From assembly GCF_020745735.1 (NCBI RefSeq), contig NC_083401.1:94423740-94487739 (forward strand): a stretch of 64,000 nucleotides of DNA, given 5' to 3'. Source of the DNA: Hemiscyllium ocellatum. Taxonomy: Eukaryota. Below the pieces are notes generated by a model that was not told the DNA's origin, did not search any database, and worked only from the letters and a program-made list of their open reading frames with translations. The position numbers and the translations under genes are program-made. Within the stretch, counting starts at the first letter, position 1, and each line of letters begins with the position of its first letter. Positions 1 through 14,700 of this stretch are shown in pieces.

Positions 1-249
1 AGGGACTACAACTCATGACGTTCTGAAACAAGATTACTACCTACTGAGCCATAGCTGACCCCAATGCAAACAGCTATTTCAATTACCATTTCTATGGTTG
101 ATAATCCATTCTTTTAGAATGTTTTTACAATATAGAAATGTATAAAAGCAATTGCACAGCTTGAAGGTACACAATGTATAATGGCTTTAGTTGAAATAGT
201 AAAGAAATGTCAAATTTAACGTTGATCTATGCATCTTGTTTTGTTTATG

Positions 250-660
250 TCACATCTGTTTTGGACCAGGCCAGATCCCCTCAAAACATTTTAAGAAGGT
301 AGCCCAGACCCTAACTTATTTAGTTGTTTTAGTCAGACGTAAGGTGGATATTTCAGGAGTGATGTAGCCGGTCAAACCACTCAGTTTTAAACAAAACAGA
401 ATTTATTTACAGATACTAAATGAAACATAATAAAAGAGAACAGAATATAGAAAAACTTAACCTATCTAAAAGCCCAACTGAATATCGCAACTCAATGTTG
501 CTGCTCCAATTTTCGGCAATATCCCCATAAACACATCCCTTGGCAAAAAAAGATAAATTGAAACACAGGTTCTTACAGGAGAGGTGTCAGCGAGAGAGAA
601 AGGATCCGCCAGGGATCATTGCCTGAAGCATGCAACCTCTTTCCACTGCAGTTATATCTC
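250..660. mobile_element. Probable LTR fragment, interrupted by the PLE at 664-1331 and resuming ~1332-1410
   Basis: Begins TG; TTTATT polyA signal on the minus strand; recognised by overall resemblance to shark LTRs only. Confidence 0.4.
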
Positions 661-663
661 TAG

Positions 664-1331
664 GTAAAAACAATGATTGCAGATGCTGGAAACCAGATTC
701 TGGATTAGTGGTGCTAGAAGAGCATAGCAGTTCAGGCAGCATCCGAGGAGCAGTAAAATCAACGTTTCGGGCAAAAGCCCTTCATCAGGAATAAAGGCAG
801 AGAGCCTGAAGGGTGGAGAGATAAGCGAAAGGAGGGTGGGGGTGGGGAGAAAGTAGCACAGAGTACAATAGGTGAGTGGGGGAGGGGATGAAGGTGATAG
901 GTCAGAGAGGAGGGTGGAGTGGATAGGTGGAAAAGAAGATAGGCAGGTAGGACAAGTCATGGGGATAGTGCTGAGCTGGAAGTTTGGAACTAGAGTGAGG
1001 TGGGGGAAGGGGAAATGAGGAAACTGTTGAAGTCCACATTGATGCCCTGGGGTTGAAGTGATCTGAGGCGGAAGATGAGGCGTTCTTCCTCCAGGTGTCT
1101 GATAGTGAGGGAACAGTGGTGAAGGAGGCCCAGGACCTCCATGTCCTCAGCAGAGTGGGAGGGGGAGTTGAAGTGTTGGGCCACAGGGCAGCATGGTTGA
1201 TTGGTACGGGTGTCTCGGAGATGTTCCCTAAAGCACTCTGCTAGGTTGCGTCCAATCTCCCCAATGTAGAGGAGACCGCATCGGTAGCAGCGGATACAAT
1301 AAATGATATTAGTGGATGTGCAGATGTGCAG
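664..1331 (-). mobile_element. Penelope-like element (family A, Neptune type) 3' fragment
   Basis: Minus strand encodes a GIY-YIG C-terminus ([10 protein letters not shown]...LEEERLIFRL..LQPQGINVDF), then a pyrimidine-rich 3' UTR, hammerhead and CCAGCATCTGCA tail. Imperfect TCTC(T/C)AGG duplication. Confidence 0.85.
758..792 (-). ncRNA. Minimal hammerhead ribozyme (family A)
   Basis: Reverse complement ATTC-CTGATGA-A-GGGC-TTTT-GCCC-GAAA-CGTT-GAT. Confidence 0.75.
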
Positions 1332-1861
1332 GTCTCCAGGTGCCTAGCTAAAACTAAACCAAACCAGAAAAATCCCTGAACTGGGAGAACTGGCTACTCA
1401 CCTTTCACTGTACACTGCCATCAGCAAAGGTACCAGCACTAAACCCTGTACAACTCCATCAGAAACAGACTCCAGTCACAGAAACATCTCTCAACCATCA
1501 CCTTCTGCTTCCTTCCTAATTAATCTTGGAACCAATATGCCACTTTGCCTTGGATCCTATTGAATACTTCCTTGACCAGTCTGTCATAAGGGACCTTGTC
1601 AAAAGTCTTGTTAAAGTTCATATAGCCCACATTATCCTCATCAATAAGCCTCAAAACATTTGACCAAATTTGCTAAATGCAACCTTCCCTTAACAAATCC
1701 ATGCTGACTATCCCTGATTAATCTGTGTCTGTCCTAGTGCAGAAATATTTTGCCCCTCAGAATTATTCCTAATAACTTTTCCAACACTGAATGGCCTGTG
1801 ATTTCCAAATCTAACTCTTCTTGTCTTTTTTAATAATGCGACAATTTTAGGAGGTCTCTAG

Positions 1862-2332
1862 TCATAGAGTCATAGAGATGTACAACATGGAAACAGACCC
1901 TTCAGTCCAACCCATCCATGCTGACCAGATATCCCAACTCAATCTAGTCCCACCTGCCAGCACCTGGCCCATATCCCTCCAAACACTTCCTATTCATATA
2001 CCCATCCAAATGCCTCTTAAATGTTGCAATTGTACCAGCCTCCATCACTTCCTCTGGCACTTCATTCCATACACGTACCACCCTCTATGTGAAAATGTTG
2101 TCCCTTAGGTCCTTTTATATCTTTTGCCTCTCACCTAAACCTATGCCCTCTAGTTCTGGACTCCCGAAACCCAGGGAAAAGACTTTGCCTATTTACCCTA
2201 TCCATGCCCCTCAAAATTTTGTAAACCTCTATAAGGTCACCCCTCAATCTCCGATGCTCCAGGGAAAACAGCCCCAGCCTGTTCAGTCTCTCCCTATAGC
2301 TCAAATCCTCCAACCCTGGCAATATCCTTGTA
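1862..2332 (-). mobile_element. CR1 LINE 3' end (young)
   Basis: [38 protein letters not shown]1 ORF2 C-terminus; (CTCTATGA)n tail. Confidence 0.92.
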
Positions 2333-2339
2333 AATAAAG

Positions 2340-3330
2340 AGTTCTATTAATATGGTAAGACATGACCTTCCCTGTACAAAACCATGCTTTTTCCCAATAT
2401 TCTTCCAAAGCTTCATCTGTTTTCAGTTGCCTAGATTTTATGTGTACTTCCTTTTCCCTCTTAGCAAATCTTACAATCCTTGGTTCCCTAATCTTGCCAT
2501 TTCTATTCCTCATTTTCACAGGGGCATGCCTGTCCTGCACTCTAATCAACCACTCTTTAAAAACATATCAAATATAGATTCACCCTCAAACAGCTGCTCC
2601 CAATCCATATTCCCTAGCTCATGCCCAATTTTGCGATTGCTGGCCTTCACCCAATTTAGCACTCTTCCTTTAGGATCACTCTTGTCTTTTTCCATTAGTA
2701 TTTGAACATTTTTGGAATTGTGATCACTATTCCCGAAGTAACTCCTGACAGAAACTTCAGCAACCTGGCCAGGCTCATTCCCCAACACCAGGTGCAGTAT
2801 GGCCCCTTCCCAAGATGGACTGTTTACACATTGCTCTATAAAACACTTCTGGATACTCCTTATAAATTCTGCTCCATCTAAACCTTGAACACCAGGTGAA
2901 TCCCGGTCAATGTAGGGAAAATTAAAATCTCCCACATTACTACCATTCTGTTGTTACTCCATCTTTACATAATCTGTCTACATATTTGTACCTCTCACGC
3001 TCGCTGTTGAGAGGCCTGTAGTGCACCCTTTCTATTTCTGAGCTCAGCCCATATTGCCTCATTGCTCGAGTCCTCCATTGTGCCCTTCTGAGCACTGCTA
3101 TGATATTGTCTCTGGCCAGTAATGCAGCTCCTCCACCCCTTTTACCTCCCTCTCTATCCCACCTAAAGCATCCATATCCTGGGATATTTAGTTGCCAATC
3201 TTGCCCTTTCCTCAACTAAGTCTCAGTAATAGCAATAACATCTTACTCCCAGGTACTAATCCAAGCTGTAAGTTTACCTGTCTTACCTACTGCACTTTTT
3301 GCATTAAAACAAATGCACCACAGACCAACG
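2340..3330 (-). mobile_element. CR1 LINE fragment (APE endonuclease region)
   Basis: MGDFNFPYID, GNSDHN, WQLNIPGY..FRWDREGGKRGGG motifs. Confidence 0.88.
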
Positions 3331-3424
3331 TTGCTGCAAATCTTGATCCCATGTCACTTTTAAGGGTTTGAACTCCCTGCCTAGATCCAAACCCATCTTA
3401 CCTTGATGGTTAAGGTTCTCATAA

Positions 3425-3760
3425 AATCCACAATGTGGAAACAGGCCCTTCAGCCCAACAAGTCTACACCAACCCTTCAAAACGTTACCCACCCATATAC
3501 CATTTCCAATATTTATTTACACTATAAGAATCCCTGACTAATGCCCCAAACCTGCACACTATGGGCAATTTAGCACAGTCAATTCACCTAACCTGCACAT
3601 CATTGGACTGTGGGAGGATACAAGAGCACCCGGAGGAAACCCACAGAGACACAGGGAGAATGTGCAAACTCCACATAGACAATCGCCCCAGGCTGGAGTC
3701 AAACCTGGGTCCCTAGCTCTGTGAGGCAGCAGTGCTAACCACTGAACCACTGTGCTGCCC
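3425..3760 (-). mobile_element. HE1-type tRNA-derived V-SINE
   Basis: tRNA-like head, V-domain TGTGGAGTTTGCACATTCTCC, CR1-like tail. Confidence 0.85.
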
Positions 3761-3829
3761 CCAGCTGACCATTCTGTCCATTATGTTCAGTTTGAGTTCA
3801 GCTACAGTTGACTTATAAAAACCTCACTA

Positions 3830-5510
3830 TAATAGCAGCATTATGACAGCTAAGAAGACTGAGATAAATTCAGAATCCCGCAAAGGAGGACCAAAAAAAA
3901 TTAAAAAGAAAGAAAATAAACTGCAAGGGCAAACTGACAAGGAATATCAAAACTGGCAATAAGAATCTCTTTAAATATATAAAAATGTAAAGGAAGGTCA
4001 AAGTGAACACAGACCCTTTACAAAATGAATCTGGAGAGACAGTTATGGGAACAAGAAAATAACAGAAGAGTTAACTTATATTATACATCAGTTTTAAGGT
4101 AGAAGGTATTTTGAACACTCCACTAATAGTAAAGAACAAAGGGAGAGATTGAGTACCACCACTAGAGAAGCTGGATTAGACAAAGTAATGGTGGGTAAAG
4201 GCAGTTAAGTCCCTTGGCCCTGAAGGCTTGCGTTCTAGGATTGTGAAAAAGGTAGATATGAAGACAGTGAGTGTATTGATTGTAATTTTCCAAAAAAATC
4301 TTGGATTCTGGAGAAGTACCAGAGTATTGAAAAACTGCTAATGTGACGCTGCTGCTCAAAAGGACAGGAACTGCAGCAGCACATTTGCTAAAACTGGAAA
4401 GATACAGAAAGGATTCACATGGCCCCTCCGCTAGGATGATACACAAATTTGTGAAGCATTCAAAAAGTGGGTAATTATAGGCCGATAAGCCTAAAAAGTT
4501 AGCAAATGGAATATAATATGGGAAGTTGTACATTTTAGAAGGGAGAACAGAAGAACAGAGTAATATTTAAATGGAAAACAAACTGCTAAAAGCTGCAATG
4601 CAAAGGGACTTGGGGGTACTTGTGCATGGAACACAGAAAGCTAGCACCCGAGTGTAGCAGGAAATCAGGAAGGCAAATGGAATATTGGCCCTTATTTCTA
4701 GGGGATTGGGAGTGTCAGGTAAGAAAGTTACACTACAATTGTACAAGGTGCTGTGGAGCACAGTTAGCTCTGCTATAATGTGTTGGTTCTGTTCTCATGC
4801 AATCCCATGTTATAAGAAAATTGCATAATAGCAGCACCATTTAAACTAATGTTATAAAAAATTCACAGTTTAAATGTTCATGTTTTAGAAACAGTGTCCG
4901 CAATTCGTCAATAGCGTTATACAAATTCGCATTGACAAAATGTGCATTATAGCAGAACTACCCGTACTGTGAGCAGTTGTGGTAGCCTTATTCAAGAAAA
5001 GATAAAATTTTATTGGAAATGGTTCAGCGAAGGTTCACTAGGAAGGCCCTTGATGTGGACGGATTGTCTTATGCGCAAAGATTAAAGAGGTTAGGTCTTT
5101 ATGATTGGAGTTTAGAAGAATGAGAGGTGACCTCACAGAAACATACAGGATTCATAAAGGGCTTGACAGGGTAAATGTTGAAAAGATGCTCCCCTTCATA
5201 GGAAAGCCCAGGACCAGAGAGCATAGTTTCAGAATTATGGATGCCAATTTAAGACTGAGATGAGGAGGAATTTATTTTCTCAGAGAGCTGTGAGTCTTTG
5301 GAACTCCTTGCCAAAGAGAGCTATGGAGGTAGACTCCTCGTGTATATGTTGTGATAGATTCTTGATTAGTTGGGGAATCAAAGGTTTTTGGAAAAAGGCA
5401 GGTAAGTCGAAGTGAGGAATGTCAGATCAGCCATGATCCTATTGAATGGCAGAGCTAAATTGACAGGCCGAATGACCTACTCCTGTTACTATTTCTTATG
5501 GTCTTATGGT
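3830..5510 (+). mobile_element. Degraded CR1 LINE
   Basis: Decayed ORF2 (RDLGVLVH, RMRGDL) and (TCTTATGG)n tail. Confidence 0.85.
4761..4964. mobile_element. Tc1/mariner (Tigger/pogo-like) MITE inserted in CR1
   Basis: Imperfect 20-bp TIRs CAGTTAGCTCTGCTATAATG / CATTATAGCAGAACTACCCG followed by TA; interrupts otherwise contiguous CR1 sequence. Confidence 0.7.
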
Positions 5511-5593
5511 CTGATATATAAAGATATTATCGTAATAAAGTTATCCAAATATCAGCAATACCTGTAACTTGGTGAATTTTTTTTGTTTTCCAG

Positions 5594-5705
5594 GTACATT
5601 CAAAAGGCCAAGGTAACAAGATGGGTGACGTATCACCTGACAAGACAGTCGAATCTTGACAAGGAACTGCTCTTCAACATTCACAATTTCACAAAGAACA
5701 AAACT
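5594..5705 (+). CDS. CNBD2-like coding exon (first in window)
   Basis: ttttgttttccag acceptor, GTTAGT donor; encodes YIQKAK...[13 protein letters not shown]; phase-0 join to the next exon. Confidence 0.75.
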
Positions 5706-8700
5706 GTTAGTGGTATCATTTATGTAACTTTCTGCTCAATATTTTGTTTAAGTTTAGATTATGTACAGTATAGATTGAAACGTGCTTGAATTTCAACTCT
5801 CTTTGTAGAGTGTGAAACAGACGTAACAAGTGTTAAAATTCAAGTAAGATTTTTCACTACTTTGACTGCTATATGGCAATTTTAAGATTACTCTTTCTCA
5901 GAAGCTTGACTCATTTCATTGCCCTATATTATCATTATGATGTCAATATAATTTTAAATGCAACCTTACTGAACCACATGTTACAGTAAAACCTGTTAGA
6001 TACCAAGGTGATGCTCCCTAAATTGAAAGCTAAATTGTATGGGGTCCTTCAAGTCCCTCAACAGTATTTGGGCCACTGTTATCCTGGGCTCTCTCCTCAG
6101 CCTGAACAGACTGAAATCTGCAATATTGGGAACCTCCACAGGAGGCTGAGATGGACCATCCAGTTAGCATTTCTGACTGAAGACGGATGTCAATGCTTTA
6201 GCCATATCTTTTTGCACTAAGGCGCTTGGGTCTCCAATCATTAAGGATTGAGGCATTGTGGAGCTCCTCCTCCAGTTGATTGAGTTTGATTTTTCATCCC
6301 CATTGATGGCTGAATGTGACAGGACTGCAGAGTTTAGACTGAATATCACTCTATGTCCACCTCTGATAGTAAAAACGAGGACTGCAGAAGCTGGAAACCA
6401 GAGTCTAGATTAGAGTAGTGCTGGAAAAGCACAGCAGGTCAGGCAGCATCTGAGGAGTCCACCTCTGTTGATCTGGTGTTAAATGAAATAGCCAGGAAGA
6501 GTACTGGCAGGGCCTGAAGCATTATCTGTATGATTATGTGAGTATGACTGTCTCAGGCTTCTACTTGACTAGTCTGAGAGACAGCTCTTCCAATTTTAGC
6601 ATAAGCTCCCAAACTTTAGTAAGAGGTGTTTGTAGGGTCAATAGTGTTGAGTTAGCCATTGCTGTTTGCAATACCTGGGTCAATGCTCGGTGCTCCATCT
6701 GGTTTCATTCCTTTCTCAGATAGCACAGTGGTTTAATGCAACTGTCAGCTTGTTCGACTATTTTAGAGAGCATTGAAGAGTCAATCATGTTGCTGTGGAT
6801 CTGGAGTCACATGTAGGTCAAACCAGGTAAGGACACAGATTTCCTTCCCTCAAGAATATTTGTAAACAGGTAGGTTTTTACAACAATGGACAATGGTTCA
6901 TAGTCCCCATTTGACGAAATTTTAATTCTAGATTTATTAATTGGATTCAAATTTCATCATCAGCTGTGTGGGACTTGAACTCAATTGTCCAGCCCATTAG
7001 CCTGGGCCTCTGGAGCACTAATCCAATACTAGTAACATCACCACTCGATGCTAAAATAAACCAAAGTTAAAATTCACACAACACCAAGTTATAGTCCAAT
7101 AGGTTTAATTGGAAGCACACTAGCTTGCGGAGCAACGCTCCTTCATCAGGTGGTTGTGGAGGACACAATTGTAAGGCACTGAATTTATAGCAAAAATTTA
7201 CAGTGTGATGTAACTGAAATTATACATTGAAAAATACCTTGATTGTCTGTTGAGTCTTTCGTCTGTTCAAATACTATAATAGTTTCACTTCTTTCATGTG
7301 TAAATCACGAAATCTTTTTTTAAAAGTTGCATTCTCAGGTTAACTGTAACAATTTGTGTTAGCTAGACAATGTGTCGAAGGTGTTAGCCCCGAGTTCTCT
7401 GTCTATGCCATGATGTTTAGACTGATTCTAATCTAAAAAGTGAGATAACAGAGTTTTACATAAATTCATGCAGTTTTTGAACAAAGCACAATGTAACCCT
7501 GCAAGTACAAATTCACCCCAAAAATATATGTGTGCATGTGGGTCTTTGTGTCTGTCTGTGTGTGCGTCCGTCTGATTGGGGGTTGTGTATGTGTGAGAGA
7601 GTGTATATGTGAGTGTGTAGTGAATGTCTTAAGTCTCTGAGAGGATGCCTGTGTGAGTGTGGGAGTGTGTGTGTCTGTAAAGGTGTGTGTGTGTGTCTGT
7701 GTGCGTGTCTGTGTGTATGTGTGTGTATAGGAGTGTGTGTGTGTGTGAGTCTGTGTGTGTGTGTGTCTGTGTGTGTCTGTGTGTGTGTATTGTGCAATGG
7801 TGGTCATCTGTAATGTGACATGAACCCTAGGTCCCGGTTCAGGCCCTCCTTATGGGTATGGAGCCTCTGCTAGGCCACTGCTGCCTGTCCCAAAGTCTGC
7901 CTTGGAGGATGGTCACCCGAAGGTCTGAGGTTGAAAGTCCTGTACCGCTGAAGTGTTCCCCAACTGGGAGTCATGATTTGGAGATGCCGGTGTTGGACTG
8001 GGGTGTACACAGTTAAAAATCTCACAACACCAGGTTATAGCCCAACAGGTTTAATTGGAAGCACACTAGCTTTCGGAATCACCTGATGAAGGAGTGTCGC
8101 TCCGAAAGCTAGAGTGTTTTCAATTAAACTTGTTGGACTATAACCTGGTGTTGAGTGATTTTTAACCAACTGGGAGGGAACATTCCTGTCTGTTGATTGT
8201 TGTGCGGTGCTCATTATCTATTGCCATAGCCTTTGCTCGGTTTCCCCAATGTACCATGCCTCAGGGCATCCTTGCCTGCAACGTATAAGATAGACAATAT
8301 TGGCTGAGTCACCACGTACATGGTAGGAGGTGTCCCCACGTGTAATGGTGGTGTCCATGTCCACACTCTGACCTGTCTTGAAGCGCCTACTGTGACAGGG
8401 TTGTATGGAGTTGTCCTGAAAGCCGGGCAGCTTGCCGGATGTTGTGTGATTTTTAACTTTGTACACTCCAGTCCAACACCGGCATCTCCAAATCAAAATA
8501 AACCAATGCATCATAAAATCTGCAGTTGTTAGTTCATCCTGAGTAAGTGTTTTGAGATACAGCAACTTGATGGAGACAACAAACTGTGAATCTAGCAATC
8601 CTGTGTCCTCAGTGCAGCTCTCTTCTGTGGTGAAAACTGGACAACATAGGCTAGTGAGATCATTATGTCGAACAACTTTCTCCTTTGCTGTCTCAGACAT

Positions 8701-11700
8701 ATACTCAAAATCTCATGGGACTGAAATTCCAGACAGCATGAACTTAAATCATATTATAGCTTTCTGAGGGTTTAAATTCAGTTTACTTTTATTCACCCAT
8801 GAGTTGTGGACAACGCTGACCAGGCGAGTTGTAAAAGATATGAAAAGCTGTTTGCTTTTTAAAGATTCATTTGTGGGATATTGGCGTCACTGGCTGACCA
8901 GCATCTATCACCTTTCCCCTTCGAGAAGGTGGTAGTGAGCTGCCTTCTTGAACTGCTGCAGTCCATGTGCTGTAGGCTGACTCACAATGCTGTTAGGGAG
9001 GCAATTCCAGGATTTTGATGGAGGTACAGGAAAGGAACAATGATATATTTCTAAATCAGGATGATGAATGTCTTGGAGGGTGCTCCCATGTATCTGCTGC
9101 CCTTGTCCTTCTAGATGGAAATGATCTTGGTTTGGAAGGTGCTGTCTAAGAATCTTTGGGGAATTTCTGCAATGCATCTTGTTGATATTACGCACTGCTG
9201 TTACTAAATGTCAGTGGTGGAGGGAGTAGATGTTTGTGGGTGTGGTGTCAATCAAGCAATTTGCTTTGTCTTGGATGGTATCAAGCTTCTTGAATGTTAT
9301 TAGCGATGCATCTATCCAGGCAAGTTATCATAAAATCCGATCCTGTTCACTACTAAGCTTAGGGAAAAGCTGCATTCTTACTCAGTTTGAACAATGTATG
9401 ACTCCAATCTCACACCAATATGATTGACTTTTCCTTAACCTAGAAAGTCATTCAGTTGCATTAAAACTGCTGCACCGGTACTAGCAAAGGAAGGGAATTG
9501 TTATCCTTGCCAGCAAGATCCTCCACCAGGGAAAAAAAGAACAAAAATGAAGACTGGCAAATTAAAATTGTTTGTATATTATTAGTGGCAAGTGGACTGT
9601 GTATTTTCTACACAGCTTGAAACGTTGTCTCTCATGTATCAAATCTAATGACAGGGAGACAAAATGACAAAATCAGGTTGTGTCATTACTTGAAGATGAA
9701 GGGAGCAATTTCAGGGGGAATAATCAGAGGGAGCTGGCCTCAGTGAGACTCTCAACCCCTTCTTACCACATCATTGATTAAATTCTGGGCACTCATCTCG
9801 ATCTGCCACCAACTAAGGTCCTTAAGTGGTTAATTACCAGCCATTAGAGGCGTCAACTTATCACCTCTCTAATTACCTGTCTCTCTGATGAGCAGGAAAG
9901 GTTGCTACCTGGCAACTATGAAACTAGAGCAACCTGTTTGCTGAACTGAGAGGAAGTGGTGGAACAGTTGGGGTCGGGGGATAATCTCTAAAAGCCAACT
10001 GCTGCTCTTGCCTCTAAAACATCTCCCTGAAACACCCAGCTGTTGGCAGGAGTTTGAAACTTCTAGCTGTTGGACCCCTTGAGGAGTAGACTTTGGCAGG
10101 CATTTTCTTAGGACCCAGAAGTTGCTGTCTTCATGCCTTAATTGGCGAGCAGCTTCTGGTGACCTTGGATGCCAGTCTCAAGGTTTGACATCGGTTGAGA
10201 ATATTGATACTTTAAATCAATCTGTTCAAACAGATACATATCTGGGGCATGTGGGACTTGAACCTGAACCTCTGGCCCAGAAGTATGGACACTATCACTG
10301 TGACACAAGAACCTTATAGGTTGAGAGACTTACTTATAGTTTATTTTCCCTTCCCACGTGATCAACAGTGCCCTCCAGTGCATTTCTTCCATTTCCTGCA
10401 CCTCTGCCCTTGAAACTCACCCAACAAGGATAGAACACCCACACACCCCCAAACCACCTCCCCCACCCCCACCCCCTGTCCTCACCTTCTACCCTACTAA
10501 TCTCCAGACACAGCACATTATTGTCTGCCATTTCTGCCACCTACAATCAGACCCCATTGCCAGATATATTTCCTTCCCCACTTCTATTGGAATTCTGCAG
10601 AAACCATTCCCTCGTTAGGTCCACGCCATCCACCAACCCACCCTCCACTCTTTCTAAAGCACCTTCTCTTGCTACCGTGAGAGGTGTAAAACCTGCACCC
10701 ACACCTCCCTCCTCACCTCCATCCAAGGCCCCAATGGCCTACTTGCAGAATGTTTCAAGGAACACCTCTGGAGTAATCACACCAAACAGCCCCACTGCCC
10801 TTTGGCTGAACATTTTAACTCCCCTTCCCACTCTGCCAAGGGCATGCGAGTCCTAGGCTTCCTCCTCCACCAAATCCAAGCCACATGAAGCCTGGAGGAA
10901 GAATGCCTCATCTTCAGCGTTGTGACCCTCCAACCACAGGGCATCAACATTGATTTTACCAGTTTCCTCATCTTCCCTCACCCCACCTTAATCCAGATCC
11001 AACCCTCCAACTCGGCACCACTATCCTGAGCTGTCCCACCTGCTCATCTTTCTCTCCACCTATCCGCTCCACCCTCCCTTCCGACCTGCATCTACCTATT
11101 ACCTTTGCAGTTACCTTACCCCCAGCTCAACGCCTATCCTCCTATTTATCTCTCTGCCCCATTTAACCCCCACCCCTCAACATTCCTGATAAAGGGCGTA
11201 TACTTGAAATGTTGATTCTCCTGCTGCTTAGATGCTGCCTGTTCCGATATGCTTTTCCAACAGCTCACTTTTTATCTCTTAATTAACTGATTGGTGTGGG
11301 CAATGGGGATGATATGTTAGTCTCACCTAACATGTGTGCTCCCATATTTTAAGCAAAAAGGGAAAATTATGACCTATAAATCTTAACCAGGTCCCATTTA
11401 TTCCATGAAGGTATTGCTTTAATATGCTAACACCACTGCTCACATGCATTTAGATGAATTGTATTTTCTGGATGCTTTAAGAACACACTGGGTCATCTTT
11501 TCTCTAAATAGACATTGGTGTTTACACATGCACTCTACTGAGGCTGCTTTCCTTGACCTAGAATGCCACTTTTCTGACTCTCCAGCATTCTGAGTTCATC
11601 CTTATCCTCGAATTAGGCATTCTCACTGTCTTCAGAACTGCATTGGTAAAATGACATCTGCAGTACTGCATTCAGTTTTGCATTCCTAACCTGAGGAAAG

Positions 11701-14700
11701 ATATAATTGCATTGGAGATGGTTCAGGGAAGGTTCATTAGACTAACTCTAGAGATGAAAGGCTTGTTTTAATGAGGAGAGATCGAACAGTTCAGGCCTAT
11801 ACTCTTTCATGTTCAGAAGGGTGAGAAGAGATCTAATTGAGGTATATAAGGGATTGGCAAAGTAGATGTTAAGCAGATATTTCCCTTGGTAGTTTTAGGC
11901 TGAGCATGGCAGATTTAAGACAGAGGTGAGCAGGAATTACTTCTCTCAAAGGATCAAGTATTTGTGGAATTCACCACCCTAGAGTGCAGCAGATGCTGGG
12001 ACCCTGAATAGATTTAATGCCTATTCATTTTCCTTCTACATCTCTTCAAGTTTCTCTCTTATCTGTTTACATAATTCCAGTAAATTGTTTTTAATTATTT
12101 ACATTATCATTATTAACATCATCTCACCCCTTCACTCCTCAAAAGTCACAGGTCGAGATAATTTCAAACACTGACTATTCATCCAGATTTGGTTTAATTG
12201 ATTTTCACATGAGGACAATAATTTTCTATTATTCTTGGAATTGCTGTAGCCCTCTCAATGGTATCTGATAATACAAGTATGTTTCCTTTATCCCTCATCG
12301 TCCTGAGATTTTATATTCAGCTTGAGATTGCTATTTCTGTTTTTATCTTCCCTTGGATAATTTTGCCAGTAAATATCGATTGATTAATTGTGTTGGACTG
12401 CAGCATAGTAATATAAATTCCCAGTTGGCACTCGTGGACATTAGCAACTTTACAGTTTTGACAGCCCTCTCTGCTTTTCCATTTGACTGAGAGTGATGGT
12501 GTCATTTTCAGTTATTTTGGCATTTTACTTAGTTTGGGGAAGAGTGATGATACCATCTCAGGGCCTACTGTTTTGTTCAAGAATGGACCAATTCTTGGGC
12601 CTGAGTCACATTTGAAATACTTGCCCCAATGTTAGGTCCCTTTTTGACTGAAGAAGATTGGATGGTTTTTCTCCCCAGTGCCTACTGTAATAACTGTAAG
12701 AAGATCAGCCACGTGGACCTCATATAATATGAGTTCCCTGATCGGAGCTATTAACTTCTTCCAACCAAGGAGATCTGGCTGACAGATAAGAACAGGAATG
12801 TCAGACATCTTGTTCACTCTGAGAGCTGACTCTGAGGGAGCTGGATCAGTGCCAAGGACTCTCCATGTGTAAATAAAGAATGACTTGATGACAGGATACC
12901 AGCGTCTGTGGAGTTATTTCACCTACAGTGGTGCAATCCCTAAATAAGTATTCTTTTAATCATCTATATTTGCAGCACCTATTAATCTGTAGAAATCTGT
13001 TAAAAGCACTACAATTGATACTTATAGACAATGGGACCATTAATTAAACATCACTAACACTAGCTTTTCCTTTGTACTAAAGCATGAATCACAAAATTAA
13101 AGCTTCAAAGTCAATAGTATTCCTACACTCTGCCTCTTGAGGACATTATTGACAATAGGCTCAACTGTGAACAGAAATACACTGGTATGATTTTGTTCCT
13201 TTGTTTCTTAGCATGCATCAATCATGCAGTCCAATTGAAACTGTTTGTTCTTCAGAGTTTTCTGCTGGGTTACTTTGTTGTTCAAGTCTTCTGAAGCTTT
13301 GTTCTGAGTTTTGGAGTCTTCCCTCTTGTGCCTCATGGACTATAACCTGACTTCAGATCAAGGATTTGAAGTCTCCCTTATTGCCACCATGCTTTACTAT
13401 TTTAACGCTGCTGCTGGCGTGTTTTTAGATTTTTATTTTGTGTTTCCTTTAAAAAGAACTGGTTCATCTCCTGTTTCTTTGCGCTGAACTCCTGTCTTTT
13501 TACCAGTTATCACATTTCTTGGACTCCAGCATTGGAGTTTGTGCTTATCCAAATGTAAAGCTCCCTTACTGTCTTCAGTACTGTAATGGCTTGGAGAAAT
13601 TCATTTTAATTAATATGCTAATGTGTTAAGGCTGGAACTGAACCCGGGTTCCTGGCATTGAGAGGCGACAATGTTAACTACTGTGCCAGCCAGTTCCATG
13701 TAATGCATGCTGTTTCTCCTGCTTGGCATTCACATATTGCTCTGTTATGACTTCACCAAACTGGGACCTCATTTTTGGACATGGTTGGTCGTGCTTCTGG
13801 TGTGCCTCCTGTACTTTTCATTGGAACTAGATTTGATTGCCTGGCCTGTTAGTAATTTCAGAGTAATATGTCAGATTATGTTACTAATTGTTGTCAAATA
13901 CAATTCTGCTGCTGATGCTTCACAGTGCCTCATGGATGTCTAGTTTTGTGTTGCTACATCTGTTTGAGATCTGTTTCCTTTAGGATGGAGATTGTGCCAC
14001 ACAACATCTTTGTTTCCATAAGAGCTGTGCAGTGTTCACTGCTCCTGATATTGTCATAATGCAATGCACCATTAGTCAATGCACTCCAACCACTGCCCAT
14101 ATGAAAAAAAAATGTATTCTTCACATTGCCATTGAATCTTTGGGCAATTAGCTTAAATTGCTGTCCTCTAGCTTGTCACCATTCTTCCGATATAAGTAGT
14201 TTTTATCTACCCATTCTGTCTAGCCTCTTCATGCTCTTGAATACTTCTGTCAACCACGAGGGAATCCATTGTATACCATTCACCAGTTTGAAAAACAACC
14301 ATTATCAAGTACATTCTATTTCCTGTCTTTCATTCAACAATCCACTAATTTACAAGTGACTGAATTTTCTCTTGTGCTACCATTTCTAAAATCATTCCCA
14401 TTATTGAAGTTAAACTGACTGACTTGTAGCTATGTAGTTTATTTTTGCATTGTTTTTAATCAACATGTCATTTATAATTCTCCTCTCTGGCAACCATAGA
14501 GGATTGGAACATTATGGGCAGTGCCTTCTCAATTTTCACCTTACTTTCCTCATACTGTTACATGCATTCCATCTGAACCAGAAGACTTATAATTTTTAAG
14601 AACAGCAACTCTTTCTAATGCTTCCTCTTTATCAATTGTTAACCCAGCCAGAATCTTGATTAATTCCTCTTTGCACTCACTTTGACAGTAGTCTTTTCCT

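Larger units (their letters stand above)
7065..8494 (-). mobile_element. Penelope-like element (Neptune type, family C) with short inverted 3' arm; 12-bp TSD
   Basis: Minus strand encodes [10 protein letters not shown]...[24 protein letters not shown] (Cys-linker remnant plus GIY-YIG). Short + arm ~8440-8494. TSD AAAATAAACCAA at 7053-7064 and 8495-8506. Confidence 0.85.

Noticed and set aside
7466-7813. His/Thr-rich and Cys/Val-rich ORFs
   Set aside because: Translations of the (TG)n microsatellite
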